DNA of 64,000 nt. Source: Candidatus Kapaibacterium sp. (lineage in GTDB: Bacteria; Bacteroidota; Ignavibacteria; Kapaibacteriales; UBA2268). The stretch covers positions 320,001-384,000 of the forward strand of contig OY762428.1 of assembly GCA_963665665.1 (NCBI GenBank), read 5' to 3'. The notes under the pieces were generated by a model. The model searched no databases. It was not told the DNA's origin and saw nothing but the letters and a program-made list of their open reading frames with translations. How positions within the stretch are numbered: position 1 is the stretch's first letter; the number at the start of each line of letters is the position of its first letter. Made by a program: the position numbers and the translations under genes. This document shows, in pieces, positions 48,560 through 58,861 of this stretch.

Positions 48560-48575
48560 GTAAGTGATTACTCAC
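48560..48575. promoter_or_regulatory. Putative TetR operator 1
   Basis: GTAAGT-GATT-ACTCAC; near-identical copy at 49146. Confidence 0.7.
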
Positions 48576-48587
48576 ATAGGTATCAAA

Positions 48588-49124
48588 ATGACAGAAAAAC
48601 AGGAAAATATTCTTAATACAGCATTGAAATTATTCGCTACAAAAGGCTATACCAATACATCAACAAGCCTTATAGCAAGGGAGGCCGGAGTATCAGAGGG
48701 ACTTATATTCAGGCACTTCGGTTCAAAGGACAAACTCCTGGACGAGCTGGTTAACCTGGGAATTTGTGATATGGAAAAGGCCATTGCGCCTTTGATTGAG
48801 GAAGTTGATCCAAATAAAATTTTATCGGACATTCTTGATTTCATACTTCACGTAGTAAGAAATGATTTAGAAAAATGGCAATTACAAATGACTTTGAAAT
48901 ATCAAAGTCCTGAAATTGCAAAGAAATATCACAGCAGTAAAGTAATTATGCAAATGAATGAAATTATTGAAAACGCTTTTAGAAAATTAAATTATCCAAA
49001 CCCGAAAGCTGAAACAAAATTATTTATGTTGATAATCGGAGCCCTGTTTACAATACTACCAAATGAAGATGAAATTGATCAGGAATCCTTCATAAACTTT
49101 ATAAAATCAAAGTATAATATTTAA
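48588..49124 (+). CDS. TetR/AcrR family regulator
   Basis: ILNTALKLFA..GY..TST..IAREAGVSEGLIFRHF.SK. Confidence 0.92.
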   Translation: MTEKQENILNTALKLFATKGYTNTSTSLIAREAGVSEGLIFRHFGSKDKLLDELVNLGICDMEKAIAPLIEEVDPNKILSDILDFILHVVRNDLEKWQLQMTLKYQSPEIAKKYHSSKVIMQMNEIIENAFRKLNYPNPKAETKLFMLIIGALFTILPNEDEIDQESFINFIKSKYNI

Positions 49125-49145
49125 TTTTTTTTATAGAATTAGAAA

Positions 49146-49161
49146 ATAAGTGATTACTTAC
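49146..49161. promoter_or_regulatory. Putative TetR operator 2
   Basis: ATAAGT-GATT-ACTTAC upstream of the SDR gene. Confidence 0.7.
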
Positions 49162-49182
49162 TTATAAAAGGAAAAAGAAAAA

Positions 49183-50085
49183 ATGAAAAAATGGAATAGC
49201 TCTCAAATATCTAATCAGGATGGAAAAACAGTAATTGTAACAGGATCAAGCAGTGGAATCGGGTTTGAGGCAGCGAGAGTCCTGGCTTCCAAAGGTGCAG
49301 AAGTAATTATTGCAGTCAGGAATCTGCAAAAAGGTGAAAATGCAGTTGCAAAGATATTGATGGAAAACCCAAAAGTAAAACCTATTCTTATGCAGCTCGA
49401 TCTGGCCAACCTGAAATCTGTAAGGGATTTCGCCGAAAAATTTAAATCTAAATATAAATACCTTGATTTACTTATTAATAATGCCGGCGTTATGGTTCCC
49501 CCCTACACAAAAACTACTGACGGTTTCGAATTGCAGTTTGGCACGAACCATCTTGGACATTTCGCCCTTACAGCACAGCTTTTTGCTCATTTGAAAGCTA
49601 CACCCGGAAGCAGAATTGTAAATGTTAGTTCTGTAGCTCATAATATGGGCAACCTTGATTTCAGTGACCTGAACTGGGAGAAAAGAAAGTATAAAAAATG
49701 GAAAGCTTATGGTGATAGTAAAATAGCTAATCTATATTTCACTCTTAATCTATCAGAAAGGTTAAGCAATAATGGTAACAACCCCATGGTAGTTTCAGCG
49801 CACCCGGGATGGACAGCCACTGAATTGATGAGAAATACAGGTTTCCTTGATTTTTTCAAATCATTGTTTGCACAATCCATCAAAATGGGTACCCTGCCAA
49901 CTCTGTACGCGGCGCTGGCTGAGGATATTAACACTGGAGACTTCATCGGACCCGATGGTTTCAGGGAAATGAAGGGCTATCCGGTTAAGGTTAAATCTAA
50001 CGATAGAGCAAAAAACAAACAAATAGCTCAAAAATTATGGAAGAAATCCGAAGAAATGACCAATATTAAATTCGATCCGGCGTGA
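49183..50085 (+). CDS. Short-chain dehydrogenase/reductase (WWOX/retinol-DH-like)
   Basis: TGSSSGIG, NNAGVM, FGTNHLGHF, YGDSK, HPG. Confidence 0.92.
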   Translation: MKKWNSSQISNQDGKTVIVTGSSSGIGFEAARVLASKGAEVIIAVRNLQKGENAVAKILMENPKVKPILMQLDLANLKSVRDFAEKFKSKYKYLDLLINNAGVMVPPYTKTTDGFELQFGTNHLGHFALTAQLFAHLKATPGSRIVNVSSVAHNMGNLDFSDLNWEKRKYKKWKAYGDSKIANLYFTLNLSERLSNNGNNPMVVSAHPGWTATELMRNTGFLDFFKSLFAQSIKMGTLPTLYAALAEDINTGDFIGPDGFREMKGYPVKVKSNDRAKNKQIAQKLWKKSEEMTNIKFDPA

Positions 50086-51186
50086 TAATAAACTATTAGA
50101 AATTATTCGAATAAAGAAAAACATGGCTTCGAAAAAAATAAGGACAATAATGAAAATAACACTTATATTAATTGCCGCCTTCGCGGCAGGAGGTTTCATG
50201 ATGACAAGCTGCTCAAGCTTTGGCAGTTCCCCCGGAATAAAAGAACTTGGAAACATAGCTGATTCGCCAAATTACGATAAAGAAAATGAAAGATTTATAA
50301 ACAGAAGGCAGGATGATATAGACAGCGCCTGGAAAGAGGTTCAGACATTTGGAATGGCTAAGGAATTTCTTTTTGGCGGTGAAGATTTGAGAACTCCGGA
50401 TGAATACCTGCCTCAGGTGAAACCGGATATACTGGAATTTACAAAGGATAATGACAAACTGAAATTTATCTGGTTCGGCCATTCCAGCCTGATGGTTAGA
50501 ATTGGAGATAAAAATATTTTACTGGATCCTGTTTTTTCTAAATATGCTTCCCCGGTATATCTCGTGAACGGAAGATTTCAGCCCCCGGCGCTGGAACTTG
50601 AAGAACTACCTGAAATTGATTATATAGTTATATCCCACGATCACTATGATCACCTGGATATGCCAACAATAAAATTTTTCAAGGATAAAAGAACAAAATT
50701 CCTTACCCCGCTTGCAGTGGGCAGCCACCTTAGAGGCTGGGGTATCGACAGCAGCAGGATTACAGAACTAAATTGGTGGCAGGATATAAAATTCGGGGAT
50801 ATTAATTTTACCTGTACACCGTCTCAACACTTTTCCGGGCGAGGCTTTAAAAGAAATCCAACACTATGGGCATCATGGGTAATAAGTAACGGCCAATACA
50901 ATATATATTTCAGCGGAGATTCAGGTTATGATACCCATTTCAAAGAAATTGGAGACAAATTGGGGCCTTTCGACGTAGCCTTTATTGAAAACGGGCAGTA
51001 CAACGAGCGCTGGAAACTTATCCACATGATCCCGGAACACAGTGCACAGGCAGCAATCGATCTTAAAGCCCGGCAGATGATGCCAATTCACTGGGGAATG
51101 TTCAACCTGGCTCTTCACAGCTGGTATCGCCCGGCAGTGGATATTCGCGAACAGGCAGATAAATTTAACATTGATCTACTTACTCC

Positions 51187-52542
51187 CATATGCGCTAACT
51201 TAGTGAAAATAAGTAATTCATACTACTTTGCCTTTTTCGATGTCCTTCTTTTAGGCAATTAGAAACATCATCCCAGTTGTTAATACATTGATACAAAGTA
51301 ATACCGGGACTGATGATTTTCAATAAAATATCTTTAACAAATACATTTTCACGCCATTGTGATGTACTCCTTTTATCATTCTCTTTTATTAAACCTGTAG
51401 CCCCAGGGGGAAAAACGCTCACCTTCATCGATAATAGCCTGAGTAAGGAGAGCTGTGATCATCTTAGCATAAAGCCACGCTCGTGCAGAGTTTTTATCTT
51501 TTTTTGGTAAATGCCCCAAGCCAAATTGACTTTTTAGTTTTTTAAATGAAATTTCAACCTGCCATCTCATTCTATATAATTCTAAGATATTATTAGAAGA
51601 TATATCATTAATCAAAGAAGTCACCAAAACAATATAATCATTAAGTCCTAAAGCTGTAGAACTGATTGTCTGTTGTTTTCTAGCAAAATTCTTTTTTGCT
51701 TTCTTTCTGGATAACTCAGCTTGCTCCTTGCTTTTTTTGATAGCACATATACGTACAGGAATCTTTTTATTTTTTGAGGAGGAGGAGGAAATATAAAATA
51801 TTTTGTCAAATATTTGATCTAACTTTAAACTTTTTAATTCTTTAATAATATCAACTTTATCATTTTTACTATTATATAGTGTAAAACCTTTATGCTTATA
51901 TCTGACAACAAAATTTGCTTTCTTTCCGAGAATTTCTGAAATACCCTTATAACTGCAATATGCTCTGTCAATTAAAAAAAGATCAGAAGAGTTAATTTTG
52001 AAATTAGATATAGACTCACCGACTTTTGGGCTGGTAATAATAAATTCGTCACACTTGAGGTTGAACAGATTATGGCTGTAATGAAGTCTCCAGTCAGTAC
52101 CTGTTGACCCCGGCTCAGTAACAACAGACGCATCGATACATCTTACATTGAAATCCGACAGCCATTCTGGGGAATCTAATGATATCCCCCTATTATGAAT
52201 CAATCCTAATGCAATCCAGCGAAGCCAATCAGCAGACGTCCTCATTTTTTTTAATAACGCAACATCTGATATATCTATATTTCTTTCATATTTAAGCTTA
52301 GTAGCAACCACCCTCATAGAATGCCCCGTTGCTACATGCATAAGTATTGCTCGAAGTTGCTCAGAAGGTGAATCAAATGCCCTGCGACGTTGGAAAGCCT
52401 GGAGTTCTTTAGCCTTTAATTCCCATCCCAAAGGAAGTAAGGTTGTAACTACATCCCATTCTTCTATATGCTTGTTGTACTTTTCCATTTACAAATATAA
52501 AAAAATTATATATAAAAATCAAACACTAAGTTAGCGCTTATG
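51187..52542 (-). mobile_element. Complete IS4-family insertion sequence (IS186/IS231-like), 1356 bp
   Basis: 19-bp TIRs CATATGCGCTAACTTAGTG (51187-51205) / CACTAAGTTAGCGCTTATG (52524-52542), 1 mismatch; 11-bp TSD CTACTTACTCC (51176-51186, 52543-52553). Confidence 0.95.
51376..52488 (-). CDS. IS4-family DDE transposase
   Basis: IDAS, DRAY, and YREK signature YRMRWQVEISFKKLK. Confidence 0.93.
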   Translation of the reverse strand: MEKYNKHIEEWDVVTTLLPLGWELKAKELQAFQRRRAFDSPSEQLRAILMHVATGHSMRVVATKLKYERNIDISDVALLKKMRTSADWLRWIALGLIHNRGISLDSPEWLSDFNVRCIDASVVTEPGSTGTDWRLHYSHNLFNLKCDEFIITSPKVGESISNFKINSSDLFLIDRAYCSYKGISEILGKKANFVVRYKHKGFTLYNSKNDKVDIIKELKSLKLDQIFDKIFYISSSSSKNKKIPVRICAIKKSKEQAELSRKKAKKNFARKQQTISSTALGLNDYIVLVTSLINDISSNNILELYRMRWQVEISFKKLKSQFGLGHLPKKDKNSARAWLYAKMITALLTQAIIDEGERFSPWGYRFNKRE

Positions 52543-52656
52543 CTACTTACTCCCCTGCTCGGCGAGATAGTAACAATTGATAATAACGCCTTGTCGAATT
52601 ACTGGTGGGAAAAAGAGATAAAAGCGGAAAGCAAATAAAATTGATATGATTCAATC

Positions 52657-52689
52657 AGATGTCCAACACATTAAAGGTGCTGGACATCT
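52657..52689. terminator. Hairpin between convergent genes
   Basis: AGATGTCCA(ACAC)-loop-(GTGC)TGGACATCT. Confidence 0.6.
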
Positions 52690-52704
52690 AAAATAATTAT
52701 TCAC

Positions 52705-54825
52705 TTACATTTTTTTCCTTACAATCCTGAATCCTACATAATGCTGGTACACTTTTGGGCCGAGGCCGCCGCGATACCATGATGTGCATTTACCCGGAGA
52801 GTCCATGTATGATCCGCCCCTCAGAACAACTTCCTGGTATTCATAATCTGCGTTTTTAACTGGGTCGTTTTCCGGTGACTCCTCGTAGAAATAAGAATCA
52901 AAACCATCATGACACCATTCTGCCACATTACCATGCATATCGTATAACCCCCAACTGTTTGCTTCTTTCTGCCTTACAGCCTGAGTATGATCGACATAGT
53001 CTTCAGTTGTCCAGCCCATATCAGAAATATTGCCGTCATAATCTCCGGTACTACCCGCTCGGCAGGCATATTCCCATTCTGCTTCAGTTGGCAGGCGGTA
53101 TCCGTTAGCATCAAAATTGCAGGTTACTTCCTTGGCATGTTCCTCACCGCTTATTGTATAGCATGGCGTAAGGCCTTCGATAGTTGATAGTTCATTGCAG
53201 AATTTCACAGCTCTGAACCAATTTACCTGGTCAACCGGATTCTGATCTCCCGGATGTTTGCTGGGGTTGGATACATCTCCGAACACTTCCTTCCACTGTG
53301 TTTGTGTTATTTCTGTTTCGGACATGAAGAAATCATAAGAAATATTCACTTTATGAACAGGTTTGGACCAATCACCAGATTCCGAGCCCATCATAAATGA
53401 GCCTTTGCTTATAGGAATCATTTTTACAATATTTGTATAAATATTATATTCATAATCATTACTGAACTTACCGCCGGCAAAAACATTTATAAAACCGTTA
53501 TTTTCCACGTGAGGGAATTTGAATTCTATTCGCGTATCTTCCCATGAAACATAGTTGGCTTCAGTTAGAATATCTTCATTTATTTTAATGTAGCCGTCAT
53601 TTCTTATCGGCCCGAAATTTTTTCCATAAAGTACAATTGTCTCGCCAATCGAAGGAGTTGCAGGCTGCATATCAATAATTTCCGGATTAACATTCTCGAC
53701 GGTATAATCCATTTTGTTGCTGAATTTTTCCCATATCACAACCTGTAGTTTACCATCCCTTATTCCTGAGGGAACAACGAAAACAATTTTAGTTGAAGTT
53801 TTTTCGATAATTGATTCAATTGGAACAACTATTTCATTCATATAAATAATTATGGGAGCATGTGTATCGCCAAAATTGAAACCCTCAATTATAAAAGTAT
53901 ATCCGGGCCTTGCAATAGTTGTAGGCAAATAATCGATAACCGGAACGTCATCGCCAACGGCAAAATCAACCGAATTGCTTTCCTTGCTGCCAAGAACAAC
54001 CCTGAGAAGGCCGCTTTCGGCACCTTCAGGAATTTTAAAACGAATTTTGTAATCAGACCAGGAAACAATATCGGAAGAAGAAGTTTCAGTTTCATGGATT
54101 TTAACTTTTCCGGCTGTTGAACCGAAAAACTTACCATATATTTCAATCTCATCCCCGGTGGCTCCGCCCCTAACCGATAATGAATCAATTTCTGGTTTAC
54201 TATCCAGAATTGTGAAATCAATCGAATTGGACTCATCTCCGTCAACTCTTAGGAACAATTTCCCGGAAACAGCAGTTTCAGGAACATTAACAACTATCTC
54301 GGTATCAGACCATTTACTATAATCCGATGATTCAGGCTTTTCACCATTAAAACTTACATAATTATCTCCTCTCGAATCACCGAAATTTACACCTTCAATC
54401 ATCATTTCCCCGCCGGGATAAACCTCATCGGGATTAATTGTTGTTATTGTCGGTTTATCTTCAGAAAGAACTACAAATGGAACCGCGTTTGTTTTTACTC
54501 CGTTAATATTAACAGTTACATCCCCGGTTAAAGCATTTTGCGGAACTTTTAATTTGATTTTTGTATTGGTCCAACTAATATAATCAGATTCAGCTGCCAC
54601 ATTAATTTTAAATCTGACATAGCTTTCTCCTCTTTCATCGCCGAAATAATTACCGATAATGTTTACGGTTTCTCCTTTGTAGGCAGATTCCGGATCGATT
54701 TTTACGATACAAAGAGAATCCGGAAGTTCAATATTTTCATAAGGATCTGTTGCGCTGTCGTCGTCTCCGCAAGAAATAAAGTAAAAAGCTGTTACTAAAA
54801 TTAGGCTAAAAATCCTGAATTTCAT
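52705..54825 (-). CDS. Surface lipoprotein with five IPT/TIG repeats and a C-terminal FGE-sulfatase (SUMF1/C-type-lectin fold) domain
   Basis: Lipobox FISC followed by acidic GDDD; five I..I.P....G....I.G..FG repeats; RLPTEAEWEYACRAG, LYDMHGNVAEW, RGGS, GFRIVR. Confidence 0.9.
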   Translation of the reverse strand: MKFRIFSLILVTAFYFISCGDDDSATDPYENIELPDSLCIVKIDPESAYKGETVNIIGNYFGDERGESYVRFKINVAAESDYISWTNTKIKLKVPQNALTGDVTVNINGVKTNAVPFVVLSEDKPTITTINPDEVYPGGEMMIEGVNFGDSRGDNYVSFNGEKPESSDYSKWSDTEIVVNVPETAVSGKLFLRVDGDESNSIDFTILDSKPEIDSLSVRGGATGDEIEIYGKFFGSTAGKVKIHETETSSSDIVSWSDYKIRFKIPEGAESGLLRVVLGSKESNSVDFAVGDDVPVIDYLPTTIARPGYTFIIEGFNFGDTHAPIIIYMNEIVVPIESIIEKTSTKIVFVVPSGIRDGKLQVVIWEKFSNKMDYTVENVNPEIIDMQPATPSIGETIVLYGKNFGPIRNDGYIKINEDILTEANYVSWEDTRIEFKFPHVENNGFINVFAGGKFSNDYEYNIYTNIVKMIPISKGSFMMGSESGDWSKPVHKVNISYDFFMSETEITQTQWKEVFGDVSNPSKHPGDQNPVDQVNWFRAVKFCNELSTIEGLTPCYTISGEEHAKEVTCNFDANGYRLPTEAEWEYACRAGSTGDYDGNISDMGWTTEDYVDHTQAVRQKEANSWGLYDMHGNVAEWCHDGFDSYFYEESPENDPVKNADYEYQEVVLRGGSYMDSPGKCTSWYRGGLGPKVYQHYVGFRIVRKKM

Positions 54826-54974
54826 AATGTCTCCGATTATGTTACATATATTAAATTTTTCATTTAACCATATAATTTGTAAAAAATCGGAATAAGAATC
54901 AAGATAAAAAATTAAAATTTTCTTTTTTTTATCAATAATTGTTTAAAAACCAATATAATCACTTGCTACTGTAA

Positions 54975-57900
54975 CTATTTTACAACCCTGAAAGAGAACT
55001 TTCTGATACCATCAATCACAATAAAATATATCCCGCTGCTTAAATCTCCGAATTCAAGCTTATAATCGAAATCAGATACTTTATATTTCAATGCATCTAT
55101 TGTTCTACCTCTTATATCGCTAATGTATATTTCATCAATATCCCGGACAGTTTTTATCTTAATGTAACTGTATGCCGGATTGGGATATACAGAATAATCA
55201 AAGTTGATTTCTGATTGATTTTCAATATAGAACCATTCCGGATTTGTTGCAATTTTACCCGATCCTTCCGGGCTACAGCCGTATTTAGCGCTTATGAAAT
55301 TGCAAATCTGCATCATTTCTGAGTTATTCAGGTCTCTGTTATAAAATAGTATATCGGCCATTTTTCCTGAAAAACAGGCTGAATATGACTCTCCGGTATT
55401 ATAATCATGAAAGGCCGTGCGGCAGGCACCACCAATTGCAGACAAATCTGCATCACCTGTTGAATTATCAATACTCAACCCTGCAAAACTAAGCGGAGAG
55501 GAAAATTCTATCAGTGGAAAATTGCAGGTATAAAAGCCGGCAGTATAAGTTTTGCCGTTATAATTAATTATTGCTATAAGTGGATTGTCCGATTCCTGAT
55601 AAACGCTTAGATTTGTCAGTATGCAATATGAATTTTGGAACCTGTTCCACATTCCAAAGCAAAGACAGGTATTCTCAATATAAATATTATAACCCGATTC
55701 CGGACCTCCGGCTTCAAATAATACTTCTCTTTCATCAGAATAATAAGTTGAAGCATTCAGCTTATCGGGATAAAATGCAAGGAATAAGGTTTTTGGAGAA
55801 TTATCCGGATCCCATTTATTAGTTTCCGCAGTTGTGATCCCGTCTGAATATGGAAGTGAAAATATATCCGACTGTCCATATTCGGTATTTCCTGTTTTCT
55901 TTTCATAGTTTACCAAAGGGACACCACTTACTGATCCGGAAATTGTAGGTGTTTTCAAATAGTCCGGTGCAGTAGCCATAATCGATCCTGATTTTGAATT
56001 CCAAGCAACTATCCTGTCGCCTATTGCAGCAGATATATCCAGAGGGTCAAGCCAAAAGTTAAAATCGGGAACTGGAAGACAATTCTCATTATCCAGTATC
56101 ATTACTCCCCCACCCGATCCGGAAATATGGGAAGTTATCAGCAAGCAGTCAGTTATAACTGTGCCGTCAAGCATAAAAGTACAATTCCGACATACAACAT
56201 TTCCACCGGCGTTGAATTCCGCAAAAACATTCGGGCTGAAGGCATTGAAAACAAAATTTTCTAAGACTACTGCCTCATCAGAATTTTGAATTATACACGG
56301 CGACGAGGATTGCAGAGTCTCGCCGTTGCCATTTATATTTATCCCCGATGGAGTGGTTTCTGGCAGACTTGTTCCTTCGTAAGGCCCTGATCCGGGATTA
56401 ATCTCTATCTGATCACCAAATGTAGCAGTTCTCAGTGCGGATTCAATAGTTTCTTTCGGGCCGTCATTGCCGGACGAGCTCGGATCCTCTCCGCTGTTGC
56501 CGTCATCACCACCGCTGCCCCCAACATATATAAACTCATGATTGGAACTGGCAAAATAGATATCAATATCATGGCTGTCTGTAATATTTGCCAAAGAGTA
56601 TGTAACGTCAGGATCGTTAATAGTAGTTCCGTTATCAATAATATAATCATTTTCATAATCCGGGCCTGAAGTGATATTTATCGTCAGATCCGAGTTGTGT
56701 TCAGCAATTATGCTGCCGGACGGATCGGCATTTCCACCCGTATGCGCAAGAATGTCAATTTCATAGCCATGCAAAATTATAATTTTATTCGACTGGAAAT
56801 CAATATGGTTAACACTTGTTGAATAATTGACGCCGTTATCAACAGTGGTTTGTTCATAATAGTCAGCAGCATCATTGAATGCGGCAATACATTCGGATGT
56901 GGCAATCAAAGAGGGTGCTGCATATTCTAAATCGATACTGTATTCGTTACCACGGTTATTTATACTCCATGCAGTATTAGTTAGTGAAGTATTATCATTT
57001 GTCAATGAAAAATCAAAATATGCATTTGCACCATGGTTGGTCAGATTTACGGGACAATAATTCCCATTTGAAATTAAGGGGATTTCAACAGTAGCAAAGC
57101 CCGGTATTTGAGTTGAAAACAAGGCATTATTTTTAGTTACAATTTCGGAAGAAGAAGAAAAAGCCACATCACCGGTTCTAAAAAAGCAGTTGTTCAGCTC
57201 AAGCCTTATATCCGAGCACGTTAATATACTTGTTTCGAAATTACCACCTATAAACACACAGGATTCATTCAGTTCCAGGGTATTTACACGGACATTAGCG
57301 CCAGGAACAACATTGATTTCTGAATTAATTGCAACATTTTCCGAAAATGTGCCGGCTGATATATTTAAAGTACCCCCGTCAGTCAGGGCATTAAGCCCGT
57401 TGGATATGGTAGCAAAAGCATCAATACCCCAACTGTGACCGTCGTTCGCGCATGTTTCGCAATAAGCAGAGTTCACCCATACCTCATCAATTGGCTTGAA
57501 GTTTTCTATAATGTTAACAACTCCATAATAAGTGTTACCCTCTTTATATTTATAACCACCAAAAATCAGCTTATTAGCATAAATTTTGCAGGAATATGCT
57601 GAATTCAGAAATTTTCTGGATAGCAATGGTACAAAGCATTCAATTAAGTCAACATTATCACCCTTAATTTTATACAGATATGCAGAGCCAACATCTTCTT
57701 TTTCTGAACCATTTATATCCGGGTTGGTTTTATACCCACAAGCAATTATGTATTCCTCGTCAAGATCAATTGAAATTGCAAAGAAATCATTACTTTCAGG
57801 ATCGCTCAGTTTCACTTTTTGCTTTTGTATCCAGTTGCCGGATTCGTATCTATAGTAATAAAAAGCACCTTCCTTGTATGCAGTTCCGGCATCCCCCTTA

Positions 57901-58709
57901 CAGCCAATTATCATGATATCATCCTGCAATGCTATTGAATTCCCGAACAATTCCGGATAATATGTCGGATCGGGATTATTTAGATTGGGATTAATATCAC
58001 CGCTTGGTGTTGAAATATCCAATATGTAGCAAAAACCATTATTCGAACCATAACATGCCTGCGGACAACCAATAACAACATTATCACCATCGATTGCAAG
58101 GCCCTCGCCAAAACCTCTTGCAGCCGGCAGATTATAATCATACCACAAACGTGATAAATCCCACTCATTAGTATTTTCATTGAATTGGTAAAGCCTTACA
58201 GCACCAATTTCCGTATATAAATTGTTAACTGATTCTTTTTTTGAGCTGATCAGCAAATTATGGCCATCAATATCCAATCGTGCCCCAAAATACGATTCCG
58301 ACTGGCCGGAAGGATCGGTAATATAATAGTTATCATCAATATCGTCCCAGTCAGACCCTTTTTTCATAATCCTTACCTGGTTCTGATTTGATGCACTTTT
58401 CCATGGAATAATGATCAATTCATCAGTTATTTCAATATCAATCATCTTGGATGCCTGTATCGAAGATGGAAAATTGATAGTGTTGATCACTGACCAGCTG
58501 CCAGATTCATTTTTCAGTATTTCCAGGTATTTATTGCCCGATATTACGTTGGATTTGCAGGCATAGTCACCATAAATTGCCAATAATTTCCCTGCAAATG
58601 ACTGATTATCCACATCGTGAACATATTCAGTCTGCTCATAAGCATAACATGAAATTGAAATTAACATTGCTATAATATATATTATTGTTGTTCTCATCTC
58701 TAACTCCAT
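54975..58709 (-). CDS. Multidomain T9SS-secreted protein (FG-GAP-like propeller, DUF1565-like segments, LamG-like domain, CTD)
   Basis: Repeated FG...I.G...G repeats; IYVG..G.D.NSG...P.ETI..A; VYPNPA...LSSGIY tail. Confidence 0.78.
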   Translation of the reverse strand: MELEMRTTIIYIIAMLISISCYAYEQTEYVHDVDNQSFAGKLLAIYGDYACKSNVISGNKYLEILKNESGSWSVINTINFPSSIQASKMIDIEITDELIIIPWKSASNQNQVRIMKKGSDWDDIDDNYYITDPSGQSESYFGARLDIDGHNLLISSKKESVNNLYTEIGAVRLYQFNENTNEWDLSRLWYDYNLPAARGFGEGLAIDGDNVVIGCPQACYGSNNGFCYILDISTPSGDINPNLNNPDPTYYPELFGNSIALQDDIMIIGCKGDAGTAYKEGAFYYYRYESGNWIQKQKVKLSDPESNDFFAISIDLDEEYIIACGYKTNPDINGSEKEDVGSAYLYKIKGDNVDLIECFVPLLSRKFLNSAYSCKIYANKLIFGGYKYKEGNTYYGVVNIIENFKPIDEVWVNSAYCETCANDGHSWGIDAFATISNGLNALTDGGTLNISAGTFSENVAINSEINVVPGANVRVNTLELNESCVFIGGNFETSILTCSDIRLELNNCFFRTGDVAFSSSSEIVTKNNALFSTQIPGFATVEIPLISNGNYCPVNLTNHGANAYFDFSLTNDNTSLTNTAWSINNRGNEYSIDLEYAAPSLIATSECIAAFNDAADYYEQTTVDNGVNYSTSVNHIDFQSNKIIILHGYEIDILAHTGGNADPSGSIIAEHNSDLTINITSGPDYENDYIIDNGTTINDPDVTYSLANITDSHDIDIYFASSNHEFIYVGGSGGDDGNSGEDPSSSGNDGPKETIESALRTATFGDQIEINPGSGPYEGTSLPETTPSGININGNGETLQSSSPCIIQNSDEAVVLENFVFNAFSPNVFAEFNAGGNVVCRNCTFMLDGTVITDCLLITSHISGSGGGVMILDNENCLPVPDFNFWLDPLDISAAIGDRIVAWNSKSGSIMATAPDYLKTPTISGSVSGVPLVNYEKKTGNTEYGQSDIFSLPYSDGITTAETNKWDPDNSPKTLFLAFYPDKLNASTYYSDEREVLFEAGGPESGYNIYIENTCLCFGMWNRFQNSYCILTNLSVYQESDNPLIAIINYNGKTYTAGFYTCNFPLIEFSSPLSFAGLSIDNSTGDADLSAIGGACRTAFHDYNTGESYSACFSGKMADILFYNRDLNNSEMMQICNFISAKYGCSPEGSGKIATNPEWFYIENQSEINFDYSVYPNPAYSYIKIKTVRDIDEIYISDIRGRTIDALKYKVSDFDYKLEFGDLSSGIYFIVIDGIRKFSFRVVK

Positions 58710-58861
58710 AGGAAAAATAAACTTTATTTAAATCAATAATATGTTAATTGTTCGAGAAAATCAATACCTATAAATATATACTCTAATAAAATACCATGTA
58801 ATACGTATGGGTAATAAGTATTTATACGTATTAGTATTAACTAAATATATCAGGAGCTTAT

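Larger units (their letters stand above)
50123..52638 (+). pseudogene. MBL-fold hydrolase (NAPE-PLD/RomA-like lipoprotein) interrupted near its 3' end by an IS
   Basis: GHSS, SHDHYDHLD, PSQHFSGR, GDSGY, PIHWG; native tail LLTPLLGEIV...YWWEKEIKAESK* resumes at 52543-52638. Confidence 0.88.
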
